Below are positions 26,094 through 41,932 of a stretch of DNA of 64,000 nucleotides, one piece after another. The translations under genes were made by a program, and so were the position numbers. The notes under the pieces were generated by a model. That model saw nothing but the letters and a program-made list of their open reading frames with translations. It was not told the DNA's origin and did not search any database. Numbering within the stretch: the first letter of the stretch is position 1; each line of letters opens with the position of its first letter. This DNA is from a virus: positions 1-64,000 of the IMG/VR virus record IMGVR_UViG_3300004369_000003. One strand, 5' to 3'.

Positions 26094-27503
26094 ATGGGTA
26101 AGAGTTTGATGGAGCAACTTGCTCTCTTACCCGACGACGAACGTCAGGCGGTTCTAGCCGATATTGACATGGACAACCTTGTTTGGGATTGGTCTGCATG
26201 GGCCCGTCCCGAACAACGTCCACCAGATAGCACTGATTGGAGCATCTGGTTGTATCTGGCTGGTCGCGGTTCGGGTAAAACAAGAAGCGCTGCTGAGTGG
26301 GTTCGAGAGAAGGCAAGAGATACTTCTCAAGGACAACTTCGGTTCGCTCTTGTTGCCCGAACCGCCGCCGACGTTCGTGACGTTATCGTTGAAGGTGAGT
26401 CGGGGATTATGAATGTTTCCCCACCATCCGAGCGTCCACACTATGAGCCATCCAAACGTCGCTTAACTTGGCCCAACGGAAACACCGCGACTCTTTTCAC
26501 CGCTGATGAACCAGACGGTCTCCGTGGTCCGCAGTGTCATTACGCCTGGGCAGACGAGTTGGCTGCATGGCGTCAGACCCCCGATGCTGCAGGTATGACA
26601 TCTTGGGACAACTTGCGAGTTTCAGCTCGTCTTGGGGCTAATCCACAAATTATTGCGACCACGACTCCTAAACGAGTTCCAATTCTTTATCAACTTATTG
26701 AAGAAGCAAAGTCGGGTCGAGTTGTTATCTCCAAGGGTTCAACACTTGACAACGCTGGAAACTTGTCAGAGGCATATCTTCAAGCAATTACTGGTGTTTA
26801 TCAGGGAACCAGACTTGCTGCCCAAGAACTTTACGGTGAGATGCTTGACGATGTTGAGGGTGCGCTCTGGACAATTGAGATGATTGAGAAGGCTCGTCAA
26901 GGAGCACTTCCACCTTTAGCGCCCCTTCGTTGCATCGGGGTTGACCCGTCAGTTGCAGAAAATCCACGAGACGAGTGTGGAATCGTGGTCTGTGCTTCTA
27001 CAGCAGACCGAGACCTTTACAAGCGACACGCTTGGGTCATGGAAGACGCGACCATTCATGGCTCACCAGAAGTGTGGGCTAACAAAGTTGTTGAGATGGC
27101 TAGACGCTGGGGAGCTCCAGTTATTGCTGAAGTAAACCAAGGTGGCGCACTTGTTCGTAACGCCATCAATGCAATTGACCCCAACATCAAAGTATTAGAA
27201 GTCCACTCAAAGCATGGCAAGGCTCTTCGAGCAGAGCCAGTTGTTCTTGCTTATGAGCAGGAGCGAGTCCACCATATTGGTTATCTCCCAGACCTTGAGT
27301 CGCAGATGACAGCATGGATTCCAGGAGAAACAAAGAACTCTCCCGACCGAGTAGACGCTTTGGTTCACGCAATGACTGCACTGCTTATCAAACCACCTCC
27401 AGGATTTGTAGGTGGACGACTCACGGCAAAGTCACCAGCGTCAAGACGGCTTCCATCATTCCGCTCTGGCGGTGGTGGAGGAAGAGTATTTACTCCTCGC
27501 TAA
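26094..27503 (+). CDS. terL: Terminase large subunit
   Basis: Walker A AGRGSGKT, Walker B AWADE, ATTTP coupling motif, IGVDP and DRVDA nuclease acidic residues. Confidence 0.92.
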   Translation: MGKSLMEQLALLPDDERQAVLADIDMDNLVWDWSAWARPEQRPPDSTDWSIWLYLAGRGSGKTRSAAEWVREKARDTSQGQLRFALVARTAADVRDVIVEGESGIMNVSPPSERPHYEPSKRRLTWPNGNTATLFTADEPDGLRGPQCHYAWADELAAWRQTPDAAGMTSWDNLRVSARLGANPQIIATTTPKRVPILYQLIEEAKSGRVVISKGSTLDNAGNLSEAYLQAITGVYQGTRLAAQELYGEMLDDVEGALWTIEMIEKARQGALPPLAPLRCIGVDPSVAENPRDECGIVVCASTADRDLYKRHAWVMEDATIHGSPEVWANKVVEMARRWGAPVIAEVNQGGALVRNAINAIDPNIKVLEVHSKHGKALRAEPVVLAYEQERVHHIGYLPDLESQMTAWIPGETKNSPDRVDALVHAMTALLIKPPPGFVGGRLTAKSPASRRLPSFRSGGGGGRVFTPR

Positions 27504-30082
27504 CGAGCAAGTCTTGTTGCAATGCTCCAGTCAATGTCTGACGTTGGAACTGCTCTGGGAAGAATTTGAATGTCGTGAATCAGTGCCTTAGAACCAAGAC
27601 CTTCAACGTCTAGGTTTCGGTCTACCAACTTACGGTGGAAGGCAATCTGAGTCATTGGCCTTTCACCACGGTCTTCCGACCAAACTCTATAGACACCGTA
27701 CAGAGACTTGACGGGAGTATTTGCCCCCTTACTCTCTGTTGTCTCTTCATCAAGGAAGATTCCGATTCGGTCTTCGTTCTTGCGGTAGATGTCAGCGGCT
27801 TCAGCAACCCTTGAACACCAACCAAGAGCGTCTCGTGACGAAGACCCAAGAACTTTGATGGCACCTTCAACTGCCCACGCAAGAACCGCAGGCAGTGCAC
27901 CCTCTGGGTCAAAGATGTAGTCCTTGAGTTCTGGGTCTGGGCTGTCTGGGACCTTTGTGAATGGGATGGGTCGAATACGACGCCACATTGCATCGTCGGT
28001 AATAATGGGTCGGTGGTTAGTTGAAATCCAAAGCTTAGCGCGAGATTGAAAAGTAAATGGCTTCTCGCCAGGTGAACGAGCAGAAATTTCAGAAGAACCA
28101 GTCAACTTCTTTACCGAGTTCTCTTTCATGCGCTCAGTCTCTGGGAGTTCATCAACCCAAACAACACGACGACCACGAAGTTCTGCCCAGTGATACAAGT
28201 CAGAACTACTGGCGCTTCCATCACCTTGAGCAAGAATGCTTGAGTCAAGAGGCCATGCGTATTGTTGAGTACCAAGGCACTTGACCAAAGCCTCAACAAA
28301 TGTGTTCTTACCAGAGCCAGCGGGTCCGTATACCAAGAACAACAGGTCATATTTACTTGAACCAGTAAGCGAGTATCCAGCGGCTCGTTGCAGCCAGTCT
28401 TGAAACTCCTTGTCACCCCCAGTAGCGAACTCAAGGAACTGTTCCCACTTCACGTTCCTGTGACCAGGTGTGTATGTGACTGGTGCACGACGAGTTATGT
28501 GAAGGTCTGGACGACCTTTGAGAAGTTCTCCTGTCCTCAGGTCAATGACACCATTGAGAACCCCAAGAAGATTCTCGTCGTGGTCCCAACGTGCAACAGG
28601 GACTTCAATTCTTGGGTCAGACTTTGCGCTGTCAATAGCGCCACGAAGACGAGCATTTGAGCGAGAAGAGTGCGCCCAAGAAATTACATCGCTCTGTTGC
28701 GCCTCTGGATATTGGTGGACATCTGAAGAGATGATTGGCGGTATGCGCTTTGCAAGTTCTTGGACTTCAAGGTCTTCCATGTCAGGCTTCCAGTAACCCT
28801 CTTTCCATACAAACCAACCGAGACCAGTTGTGTAACGAAGACCAGCGCCGAATACATCAACCAACCGACGACCGTTACCAGTGTCCGATAGCGAACGCTT
28901 TCTCTCGTTTCCACCGTCTTCTTCTCGAAGAGAGTCTGGGTCTTTTGGAATGTCCATGTTGGAGACAGAAGCGGCGTCGTGGATTGAGTCGCCTTCTTCA
29001 ACAGAAGCTCGAACGGCTTCGTGTCCCCATGACGGGAGAGCGCCTTGACTAGCCTTAGGAGCAACAACTCCTGTCATTGCTTTGGGTTGGTCTTCTGTAA
29101 GTCGCTGACCTTGCTTTTTCATCCATTCAGCTGTCTCAGGGCTCATCAATCCAATCTTTGGATTGTCAGCAACGAAATCAATTGCGCGGTGAACGTGGTG
29201 AAGAAGCCCGTTGGTTCCTTCAATGTGAAGCGGTGGACGAATTTTCTCACTGTTGAAACGAATCATCATCGTTTCAATCATCTGACGAGCAACGGCATCA
29301 GTACCGTATTTATTGGCTAATGAACAAGTAACTTTGTAAACATCTACTGCCCGAGAGCCTTCGTCAATTCCATCTTCAAGAATCTTGTCTACGTCAACTG
29401 TCGGCTCGTACTCAAGCCAATCCCAGTTGCCCTCACCTAGCGAGTAGGTGGTTCGCTTTGAGCGCTTACGCAAAGCAGCGAGAAGTTCTTCGGGTGCCTC
29501 AGCCATCTCCGTTTCCCATGGAGCCTTACCAGGAACCCATTCGTAGTCAACGCCAGAAAAGTGGTGACTCGGGGCAATCAGCACATAGCCGTTGTGCTTG
29601 ATGTCAATACCCTTCAACCCCATCTTTGAGAGGTTGCCAACCAGACCCTCTGAGTCATCGCATCGGTAGAAGATGTGGCGACCACGAAGTGCTTGACCTC
29701 GGTCTGAGTTGTAGGTTCCCGTAATTGCTTCAATGGTTGGAGGCAGAGCGCCCTCCACTAACTCTTCAAACTTTGCGAAAGACTCTGGACCACCAGAGCG
29801 AGGGTCAATGTCAATTACGAAGAACCCAGACTTGGAACAGTGAACTCCGATGTTGTAATCGGGATTCTCTTCCCACCAGCGGTTGATGGCGGAGATGTCA
29901 CTCGTGGATTGGACGTTCCACTCGTTCAGGGCTGGGTGCTTGCCGACTTCCTTAGGTTCACCATGGGGTCTGTTACATGTACAGCGACCTCCGACGATTC
30001 CATGACAGGGAAGGATGTTCCATCCGATACTGGAATAGAAAGCAGCCGCCTTCGCCAAACGGCCCGCTTCGTCATTTGCCAC
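27500..30082 (-). CDS. Bifunctional primase-polymerase fused to D5/P4-family SF3 helicase
   Basis: NIG...VIDIDP, GRHIFY, VLIAPS.H; SDTGNG, GPAGSGKNT, VDE and K.LTG. Confidence 0.92.
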   Translation of the reverse strand: MANDEAGRLAKAAAFYSSIGWNILPCHGIVGGRCTCNRPHGEPKEVGKHPALNEWNVQSTSDISAINRWWEENPDYNIGVHCSKSGFFVIDIDPRSGGPESFAKFEELVEGALPPTIEAITGTYNSDRGQALRGRHIFYRCDDSEGLVGNLSKMGLKGIDIKHNGYVLIAPSHHFSGVDYEWVPGKAPWETEMAEAPEELLAALRKRSKRTTYSLGEGNWDWLEYEPTVDVDKILEDGIDEGSRAVDVYKVTCSLANKYGTDAVARQMIETMMIRFNSEKIRPPLHIEGTNGLLHHVHRAIDFVADNPKIGLMSPETAEWMKKQGQRLTEDQPKAMTGVVAPKASQGALPSWGHEAVRASVEEGDSIHDAASVSNMDIPKDPDSLREEDGGNERKRSLSDTGNGRRLVDVFGAGLRYTTGLGWFVWKEGYWKPDMEDLEVQELAKRIPPIISSDVHQYPEAQQSDVISWAHSSRSNARLRGAIDSAKSDPRIEVPVARWDHDENLLGVLNGVIDLRTGELLKGRPDLHITRRAPVTYTPGHRNVKWEQFLEFATGGDKEFQDWLQRAAGYSLTGSSKYDLLFLVYGPAGSGKNTFVEALVKCLGTQQYAWPLDSSILAQGDGSASSSDLYHWAELRGRRVVWVDELPETERMKENSVKKLTGSSEISARSPGEKPFTFQSRAKLWISTNHRPIITDDAMWRRIRPIPFTKVPDSPDPELKDYIFDPEGALPAVLAWAVEGAIKVLGSSSRDALGWCSRVAEAADIYRKNEDRIGIFLDEETTESKGANTPVKSLYGVYRVWSEDRGERPMTQIAFHRKLVDRNLDVEGLGSKALIHDIQILPRAVPTSDIDWSIATRLAR

Positions 30083-30285
30083 TGTGTCGCTCCCTCCGAG
30101 AAGATATGAAAAGTAAACTTACACGCAGGCCGAGGGGGTCGTCAACACTCACTTCGACGTTTTGCGGTACATCGACTATACACCCTCTAGGTGACCCTTT
30201 CGCAAAGGTCGGCGTGTCATAACTCCTGTAAACTATTATTCATTCTTAGAGACACCATCTAACTATTGAGTAAGGAACTAAAATT

Positions 30286-30768
30286 ATGTTCGTTGCTTCG
30301 GGCATGGTGCTCGGGGGCGCTTCCCTGACAGTTGTAGGCATGACTACGGCTAACTGGTGGGAGCCAGGTACCCCTGGGTTTTTTGACATCGGTGACGCCT
30401 CTGCAGTTCTTGGTTTTGTTATCGCGATGTCTGGTGTCATTTTTGGTGTCACCAGGTGGTGGATAAAACTGATGCGAAAAATAATGCGCGAAGAAATTAT
30501 GGAAGCAACAGCACCTATTCATCCTGACGCAAATGGCGGTTTGAGTCTTGCCGACGTAGCCCGCAAGACAGCTAAGTTAGAAGAAGACCTTGACGGTCTT
30601 GGAAAGAAGACGGACAGACTTCAAAAGACGGTCGCTGAGTCAAACACCCTCCTCATCAGATTCCTCAGCGAGACCTCTGGAGCATCGGCTTTTGAAGCCG
30701 TGTTAGAGCAAGAGAAGACTGAAAAGTCTCAAGCAAGTTCTAGAAAAAGAACTTCTCCTAAGAAGTAA
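30286..30768 (+). CDS. Membrane protein with coiled-coil tail
   Basis: Two hydrophobic segments; NGGLSLAD motif seen in actinophage membrane proteins. Confidence 0.6.
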   Translation: MFVASGMVLGGASLTVVGMTTANWWEPGTPGFFDIGDASAVLGFVIAMSGVIFGVTRWWIKLMRKIMREEIMEATAPIHPDANGGLSLADVARKTAKLEEDLDGLGKKTDRLQKTVAESNTLLIRFLSETSGASAFEAVLEQEKTEKSQASSRKRTSPKK

Positions 30769-30822
30769 TCTCGTCTCCTCTTATTTATAGAGGTCATTTA
30801 TAAAAATTTTCGGGCACTTTTT

Positions 30823-30886
30823 TTGACACGCCCAAATTCTTTTCTATCCTGAAATCCCTGACACAGCCACACCAAGGTGGTAAAGT
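30823..30886 (+). promoter_or_regulatory. Tandem SigA-like promoters
   Basis: TTGACA-N16-TATCCT and CTGACA-N17-TAAAGT with extended TG. Confidence 0.5.
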
Positions 30887-30956
30887 TGTTGACTAAGTAA
30901 TTAGAAGACTTATGCGTAGCCTTCTAGTTACACAGACAAACAAGTCAACTGGAGGG

Positions 30957-31250
30957 ATGATGAGTCTGGCTGAAAAGCTATCAACGGCAAAACGCACGGA
31001 GCCTGGTCTCCCCTGCGGAATTTCAAAAGTACTGTCCGAGGTCAAGGGAGAAGACCGAGAGGCACTTGAGATTGTTCTGTCCAGCCCCACTAAAGGTACG
31101 AACATTTCCAATAGGCAAATTCACGAAATTCTTCTTAGCGAAGGGCACGACGTTGCTTATTCGTCCGTGGCTCTTCACAGAAGGCAACAGTGTCGTTGCT
31201 TTGTTGGAAAGAACAGCGAGAGACGGCAAGAAATTACCAAGGGGGCGTAA
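30957..31250 (+). CDS. Hypothetical protein
   Basis: GGAGG RBS; HRRQQCRC motif; coupled to the phosphoesterase. Confidence 0.65.
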   Translation: MMSLAEKLSTAKRTEPGLPCGISKVLSEVKGEDREALEIVLSSPTKGTNISNRQIHEILLSEGHDVAYSSVALHRRQQCRCFVGKNSERRQEITKGA

Positions 31251-32455
31251 TGAGTTCCATCTCAGACCGACTTGCTTCTTTGGTGTCACCAGGACCTTCG
31301 GGTTCCGATACTAGAGTGCACAACACACCTGAGTCCTGGCGTCCTCGTTTAGAGGTTGACCCAGAAGGCGGTTACCTAGTTTCTGTCCCGCGACCAGCGG
31401 GAGAAATTCCCGATGCGGAGCAGTTGCTTCACGAGTTTGACCTTGACCCAATGATGTGGTCTATCACATCGCTTCGTAAGTCAAGATGGCAAAACCATGC
31501 AGGCGAGTGGTTGGAAGCGTATAGAGCCACACTTACTCCGACTCAAACAATTAGTTCAGAACTACGACTAGATGCGGACAAACTAATAGAAGAAGTTTCA
31601 CGATGGAAGCCAACAAAATCTAGGGAAAAAATCTCTGGTGAGTTGGCTTATGTTTTTGCCCCGAGCGACCAGCAACTTGGGAAAAAGCAAGGAGAAGAGG
31701 GAACTCCAGAAACAGTTGCTCGACTTCTTGATTTGACAACCGAGGCGGTTCAAAGACTTAAAGAACTGAGAAAAATTGGTAGAAGTATCGGGACTGTAGT
31801 CATTGCCTTGCCTGGAGACCATGTAGAAGGAACTGTTTCTCAAGCAGGAAAACTGCAAGGTCAGGCAGCTTCAGACCTTGGCTTAACTGAGCAAACCCGA
31901 GTTGCCAGAAGGCTGTTGATGGCTCAAATTAAGGCTTTTGCACCTCTAGCAGACCGAATTATTGTTCCTGTAGTCAATGGTAACCATGATGAGGTCACCA
32001 GACAAGTAATGGCTGACCCCTCAGATGGTTGGAATGTTGAGATTGCTTCATCTGTTCAGGACGCCTGCGCTGAGAACGAAAATCTTAGTCATGTTGAGTT
32101 TAGGTTCCCTGAAAAGTCACATCAAACGCTTGCTCTAGATGTCTGCGGAAGCATGTTGGGGCTGTTTCACGGTCATCAGACTGGTAGCAACGTTCTAAAG
32201 TACCTCCAAGAACAGTCTGCTGGTCAGACGGCCCTCGGAATGTGCGATGTGTGGATTTCGGGGCATTACCACTCGTATAAAAGCATGGACATTGGAGGAA
32301 GATTCTGGGTCCAAGCCCCCACAACCGACCCTGGGAGCGCCTGGTTCAGAGACCGACACGGTTTGGAGTCCCCTCCTGGTGTCCTAACTATGGTGATAGG
32401 TGGTGACTACAATCCCCGTCGGGACATCAGCATCCTTTCAGGCACAAGGGCATAA
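31250..32455 (+). CDS. Calcineurin-like metallophosphoesterase (Mre11/SbcD-like)
   Basis: SDQQ, GD..EG, GNHD, FHGH and SGHYH motifs. Confidence 0.82.
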   Translation: MSSISDRLASLVSPGPSGSDTRVHNTPESWRPRLEVDPEGGYLVSVPRPAGEIPDAEQLLHEFDLDPMMWSITSLRKSRWQNHAGEWLEAYRATLTPTQTISSELRLDADKLIEEVSRWKPTKSREKISGELAYVFAPSDQQLGKKQGEEGTPETVARLLDLTTEAVQRLKELRKIGRSIGTVVIALPGDHVEGTVSQAGKLQGQAASDLGLTEQTRVARRLLMAQIKAFAPLADRIIVPVVNGNHDEVTRQVMADPSDGWNVEIASSVQDACAENENLSHVEFRFPEKSHQTLALDVCGSMLGLFHGHQTGSNVLKYLQEQSAGQTALGMCDVWISGHYHSYKSMDIGGRFWVQAPTTDPGSAWFRDRHGLESPPGVLTMVIGGDYNPRRDISILSGTRA

Positions 32456-32554
32456 TTTTCAGACTAGCCGTCTCCAGGACAGCGTAGAATATAAACGGTT
32501 CTGGAAGCTGTTGCCTGTGCAGCTTTCTGTAATAGACCGCTATGACCTGCTGGA

Positions 32555-37441
<4,887 letters not shown>

Positions 37442-37448
37442 GTGACTA

Positions 37449-38156
37449 ATGGCAGCTATTGATTTTCCGACAAATCCGACCGTAGGTGAAGAATACACAA
37501 ACGGTATTAACGTCTATGTGTGGGACGGAACAGCATGGCGTCTTGTTCGTACTAGCGCAGTTGGACCAACTGGACCAACTGGTCCCGCTGGTCAAGACTC
37601 AACAGTCCCAGGGCCTACTGGCCCAACAGGCCCCGCTGTTACTGGACCAACTGGTGCAGATTCAACGATTCCAGGACCTACAGGTCCAACTGGACCCACT
37701 GGAACATTTTCTATCTCCGCTTGGACAACATATACACCTCAGTGGACTGCTGCTGGTACCAACCCAACAACTGGTGACGCTGTTGTCACTGCTCGTTATG
37801 TTGCTATCGGTGCAACTGTTATTGGTGAGATTAGAATTGTTGGTGGTAGTTCTGCAGGTGGATTTAACAGAGGTTCTGGAATCTACAGTTTCTCTCTGCC
37901 AACAGATGCTGTTGCCGCTGACTATCAACCAGTGGGTCAAGTAGTAATGCGTAACGAAGGACCAGGAAACCAGTTCTTCGGTACAGCAATCTTTACTGGA
38001 GTTATTGGAGGAGTCTCTAACAAAATTCAGTTGTTCATGCACAGCCAGACAGCAACAATTGACGAAGGTGTTGCAGCCACTGAGTCAACTCCGTTCCTTT
38101 TTGATGTGAACGACAAGATTCTCGTCCAATTCATTTACGAAGCGGATTTGACCTAG
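37449..38156 (+). CDS. Short collagen-like fibre protein
   Basis: MAAIDFP N-terminus, GPT run, C-terminal beta domain. Confidence 0.82.
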   Translation: MAAIDFPTNPTVGEEYTNGINVYVWDGTAWRLVRTSAVGPTGPTGPAGQDSTVPGPTGPTGPAVTGPTGADSTIPGPTGPTGPTGTFSISAWTTYTPQWTAAGTNPTTGDAVVTARYVAIGATVIGEIRIVGGSSAGGFNRGSGIYSFSLPTDAVAADYQPVGQVVMRNEGPGNQFFGTAIFTGVIGGVSNKIQLFMHSQTATIDEGVAATESTPFLFDVNDKILVQFIYEADLT

Positions 38157-38165
38157 GGGTAACTG

Positions 38166-40049
38166 ATGGCAGCGATTGATTTTCCTAACTCACCCAACGT
38201 AAACGATACGTTCAGCGCGGCTGGTCAGACTTGGATTTGGACTGGTACAGCCTGGGACCTTGTTATTGCTCAGGTGGTTGGTCCTACAGGTCCTACTGGT
38301 CCTGAGGGTTCTGCTTCAACTGTTGCTGGACCGACTGGTCCAACTGGTGCGTTTACTGTTTCTTCAGACACTCCTCCCTCAAACCCAGATGAGGGAGACG
38401 CATGGTTCAACTCAACAACTGGTCAAATTTACGTTTACTACGACAGCTACTGGGTCGAGTCCGCTTCTAGCAATGTTGGTCCCGCTGGTCCCACTGGTGC
38501 GACAGGAGCAACAGGTCCACAAAATACAACTCCTGGACCTACAGGCTCAACTGGTGCGACAGGTGCTACAGGTCCTCAAGGAAACACTGGACCTACTGGA
38601 CCTCAGGGTCTTTATGTTGAAGGTCCTACTGGACCTCAAGGTCCCACGGGGGTTGCTGGACCTACAGGCGCAGAAGGCGACCGTGGCCCCACAGGTCCGA
38701 TTGGTCCAATTGGCCCAACGGGTCCTTTAGGGCCAACTGGTGCTGATGGTCTACTCGGTGCAACAGGTTCACCTGGCCCTACAGGTCCGACTGGACCTCG
38801 CGGTTTTCAAGGCGCAACTGGTGCTCAAGGAGCGACAGGACCGACTGGTGCTTCCGTAACTGGTGCTACAGGTTCAACAGGACCTACTGGTCCTTCAGGT
38901 GGACCGACTGGTGCAACAGGTCCAACTGGTCCGACTGGTGCTACTGGTGCTCAGGGTGAGTTGGGTCTTCGTGGTTCTACTGGACCTACGGGTGCAACTG
39001 GAGCTGCTTCAACTGAGCCTGGTCCTACAGGTCCGACTGGTGCGTCTATTACGGGTCCTCAGGGACCAACTGGTCCCCAAGGTCCTCAAGGTCCTACTGG
39101 TCCAGAAGTAACTGGTCCAACTGGTGCAACTGGTGAGCCTGGAGTTGGTTATGACGGAATCACTAGCACAACAAACCTAATCATCGGTGCTGGTAACAAG
39201 ACTTTTACCGTAAATAAGATTGGTGCTCTACAAGTCGGAACACGAATTCGTTTTTCTGCCGCCCTTCAACCTCAAGAGTTTGTTGAAGGTGTTGTAGCAG
39301 GAATTAACGGTCTACTTGTAACAATTACTTCTGATGTTTTCAATGGAACTGGTAACACATACTCGTCATGGTATGTGAGCGTTGGTGGAGGCCCTGTTGG
39401 TCCTCAAGGACCTGTCGGTCCTCAGGGCACAGCCGTAAACCTCAAGGGTAGTGTTGCAAACTTTGCGGCTCTTCCTTCGTCAGGAAACGTAGTAAATGAT
39501 GCTTACATTCTTTCTGACACAGGAAATCTTGCTGTATGGACAGCTCAAAGCACTTGGGTTGACGTAGGAAGAATTGTTGGCCCGACAGGTGCAACTGGTT
39601 CAACTGGTCCGTCAGTTACAGGACCTACAGGTCCCGCTGGTCAAGACTCAACAGTCCCAGGACCAACAGGTCCAACTGGACCTTCGGTCACTGGTCCTAC
39701 AGGGGCAATTGGTCCTACAGGCCCTGCTTACTACGAACTTGTTGGAAACCAATACCTGCAAAATGTTGTTCTTGTTGAGGAAGACGGTGCAAGTATTGTC
39801 AAAATCAACAGTTCAATTGCAACAACTGTAACTGTCCCAGCAGACGGAACAAATGGTTACACATTCCCAACTGGAACTCAGATTGTTCTAACTCAATTGG
39901 GTGTCGGTCAGGTCATTATTGAAGGTGACACGGGAGTAACTGTTCTCAGCGAGGGAAGCAGATTCACTACCAAAGCACGGTATGCGGTCGCCTCTCTTAT
40001 CAAGTTGTCTAGCAACTCCTGGCTTCTTAGCGGAAACTTAGTGGCCTAA
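38166..40049 (+). CDS. Collagen-like fibre protein
   Basis: MAAIDFP N-terminus, GPT runs, C-terminal FPTGTQI...WLLSGNL domain. Confidence 0.85.
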   Translation: MAAIDFPNSPNVNDTFSAAGQTWIWTGTAWDLVIAQVVGPTGPTGPEGSASTVAGPTGPTGAFTVSSDTPPSNPDEGDAWFNSTTGQIYVYYDSYWVESASSNVGPAGPTGATGATGPQNTTPGPTGSTGATGATGPQGNTGPTGPQGLYVEGPTGPQGPTGVAGPTGAEGDRGPTGPIGPIGPTGPLGPTGADGLLGATGSPGPTGPTGPRGFQGATGAQGATGPTGASVTGATGSTGPTGPSGGPTGATGPTGPTGATGAQGELGLRGSTGPTGATGAASTEPGPTGPTGASITGPQGPTGPQGPQGPTGPEVTGPTGATGEPGVGYDGITSTTNLIIGAGNKTFTVNKIGALQVGTRIRFSAALQPQEFVEGVVAGINGLLVTITSDVFNGTGNTYSSWYVSVGGGPVGPQGPVGPQGTAVNLKGSVANFAALPSSGNVVNDAYILSDTGNLAVWTAQSTWVDVGRIVGPTGATGSTGPSVTGPTGPAGQDSTVPGPTGPTGPSVTGPTGAIGPTGPAYYELVGNQYLQNVVLVEEDGASIVKINSSIATTVTVPADGTNGYTFPTGTQIVLTQLGVGQVIIEGDTGVTVLSEGSRFTTKARYAVASLIKLSSNSWLLSGNLVA

Positions 40050-40051
40050 AC

Positions 40052-40966
40052 ATGCTTATCTCTACTCATGCGATGCACGCAACACTCCCAACACCGTATG
40101 TAGCGGCTGGTTGGCAGCTTGTTGATGAGTCATCGTTTGGCACTACAAACATCAACACAATTACTTCAAATGACAGTGGTCTATATGTTGTTGCTGGAGG
40201 TTCTGGAAAACTGGCTACCTCAGTAGACGGTCTTTCTTGGGTTCAGAGAGAGTCAGGTTTCTCGACCAGTAATATTTATTCGTCTGCCTACGGAGATGGT
40301 CAGTTTATAGTTGGCGGTAGTTCTGGAAAATTAGCTACATCTCCAGATGGAATTACTTGGACTCAACGGGCTTCAGGTTTTGGTGCGAGTGCCGTCTTAG
40401 GAATAACTTGGGCACCTTCTGCGTCTGCATGGGTTGCTGTGGGCGGTTCAGGAAAACTTGCCACATCAATTGATGGCGTTGAGTGGACTTTAAGAACTTC
40501 TTCTTTTGGAATTAGCTTTATCAACGATGTGTATGCAACAGAAAATTTAATTATCGCTGTTGGGTATGACGGTAAACTTGCTACATCAACAAACAGCATT
40601 TCTTGGACTCAACGGGCTTCGTCTTTTGCTTTTGACACGATAAACGGCATAGTGGCTAACCCGTCTAGAACTCAATACGTTGCTGTTGGAGATTCAGGAA
40701 AAATTGCCACATCTCCTAACGGAACTGTTTGGACTCAAGTTTTTCCATCTCCATCTTTTGGTTCTTCAAGGGTTGTTTCTGTTGCTTCTAACATTGACAG
40801 TTACGTTGCTGTAGGAACAACAGGGAAAGTTGCTACATCTGTAGGTGGTCTGAACTGGAAGCAAAGAGTTTCCAATTTTGGACTTGACAACATCAATGAT
40901 GTTTTACTTGAAGAAAATTTTGCCCTAATTGTCGGTAACTCTGGCAAGATTGCGTACTCGGTATAG
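40052..40966 (+). CDS. Beta-propeller (BNR/Asp-box-like) virion protein
   Basis: About six repeats of VG.SGKLATS.DG..WTQR.S.F. Confidence 0.8.
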   Translation: MLISTHAMHATLPTPYVAAGWQLVDESSFGTTNINTITSNDSGLYVVAGGSGKLATSVDGLSWVQRESGFSTSNIYSSAYGDGQFIVGGSSGKLATSPDGITWTQRASGFGASAVLGITWAPSASAWVAVGGSGKLATSIDGVEWTLRTSSFGISFINDVYATENLIIAVGYDGKLATSTNSISWTQRASSFAFDTINGIVANPSRTQYVAVGDSGKIATSPNGTVWTQVFPSPSFGSSRVVSVASNIDSYVAVGTTGKVATSVGGLNWKQRVSNFGLDNINDVLLEENFALIVGNSGKIAYSV

Positions 40967-40975
40967 GAGTTATGA

Positions 40976-41143
40976 ATGTTTAGTTACAGAATTATTCAAG
41001 AAGGACCTATGGTCCAGGTTCTATACGGAGACAACGTAATTGATGAATGCGGTCCTTGGGAAAGCCTTACCGCAGCAATTAACTGGGCAGAAAGTTACAT
41101 TGCATTTAAAAATTCTGGTCTGCCAGAGCCAAACATCGCGTAG
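40976..41143 (+). CDS. Small hypothetical protein (55 aa)
   Basis: AGGAG RBS; MFSYRIIQEG...GPWES..AAINWA. Confidence 0.6.
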   Translation: MFSYRIIQEGPMVQVLYGDNVIDECGPWESLTAAINWAESYIAFKNSGLPEPNIA

Positions 41144-41188
41144 TACAGCAAAGTACAATAACTATTAGAGGAAGAAAGGAGGCACACA

Positions 41189-41839
41189 GTGGCAGCAATT
41201 GATTTCCCCACACCCGTTGTGGTTGGTGAAGAGTTCACAGCTGGTAACAGCACTTGGGTGTGGACAGGCACTGTTTGGGAGCTCCTGCGTACCGCTCCTA
41301 CTGGCCCCCAAGGTCCTCAAGGTATTCAGGGTCCTACAGGTCCGACTGGTGCGGTAGGTGACACTGGCCCGCAAGGTATCGTCGGTCCTACTGGTCCAGT
41401 TTCAGATGTTGCTGGCCCTCAGGGTCCTACTGGACCCACAGGTCCACAAGGTCCTACAGGTCCACAAGGTCTTCAGGGTATTCAAGGTGAGCGTGGTAAT
41501 ACAGGACCTACTGGTGCTGACTCCAACGTCACTGGTCCTCAGGGTCCTACTGGACCTCGTGGTCAAACTGGTCCTACTGGTTCAACTGGTCCTCAGTCTG
41601 AGGTTCCTGGACCAACAGGACCTACGGGTCCTGCAGGTAAATTCGTAGCTAGCCCAAATCAGCCAGACCCCACATTTGCCACAGACGGGGACACTTGGTT
41701 TGACACAGGAACAGGAACAACATACGTTTTCTATAACGGAGTTTTTGTTCGCACTCAGGGCGGTCAAACTGGTCCTACTGGTCCCAGAGGTCTACAGAGT
41801 TCTTTTGCAGTCTCTGCCTCATGGTGGTTAGGTGTCTAA
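41189..41839 (+). CDS. Short collagen-like fibre protein
   Basis: MAAIDFP N-terminus, GPT/GPQ run. Confidence 0.82.
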   Translation: MAAIDFPTPVVVGEEFTAGNSTWVWTGTVWELLRTAPTGPQGPQGIQGPTGPTGAVGDTGPQGIVGPTGPVSDVAGPQGPTGPTGPQGPTGPQGLQGIQGERGNTGPTGADSNVTGPQGPTGPRGQTGPTGSTGPQSEVPGPTGPTGPAGKFVASPNQPDPTFATDGDTWFDTGTGTTYVFYNGVFVRTQGGQTGPTGPRGLQSSFAVSASWWLGV

Positions 41840-41932
41840 TATGCAAAACTTTGAAATTTCGTCCGAATCACACAGTCACGCTGGTGTTATCCTACTAGTT
41901 GGGCTGTCTTGTGGTGAAAGAGGTAATGAATA

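Noticed and set aside
3950-30082. Inteins or introns in nrdJ, terL or primase
   Set aside because: Protein lengths are ordinary, motifs are contiguous, and no splice-junction or homing-endonuclease motifs were seen
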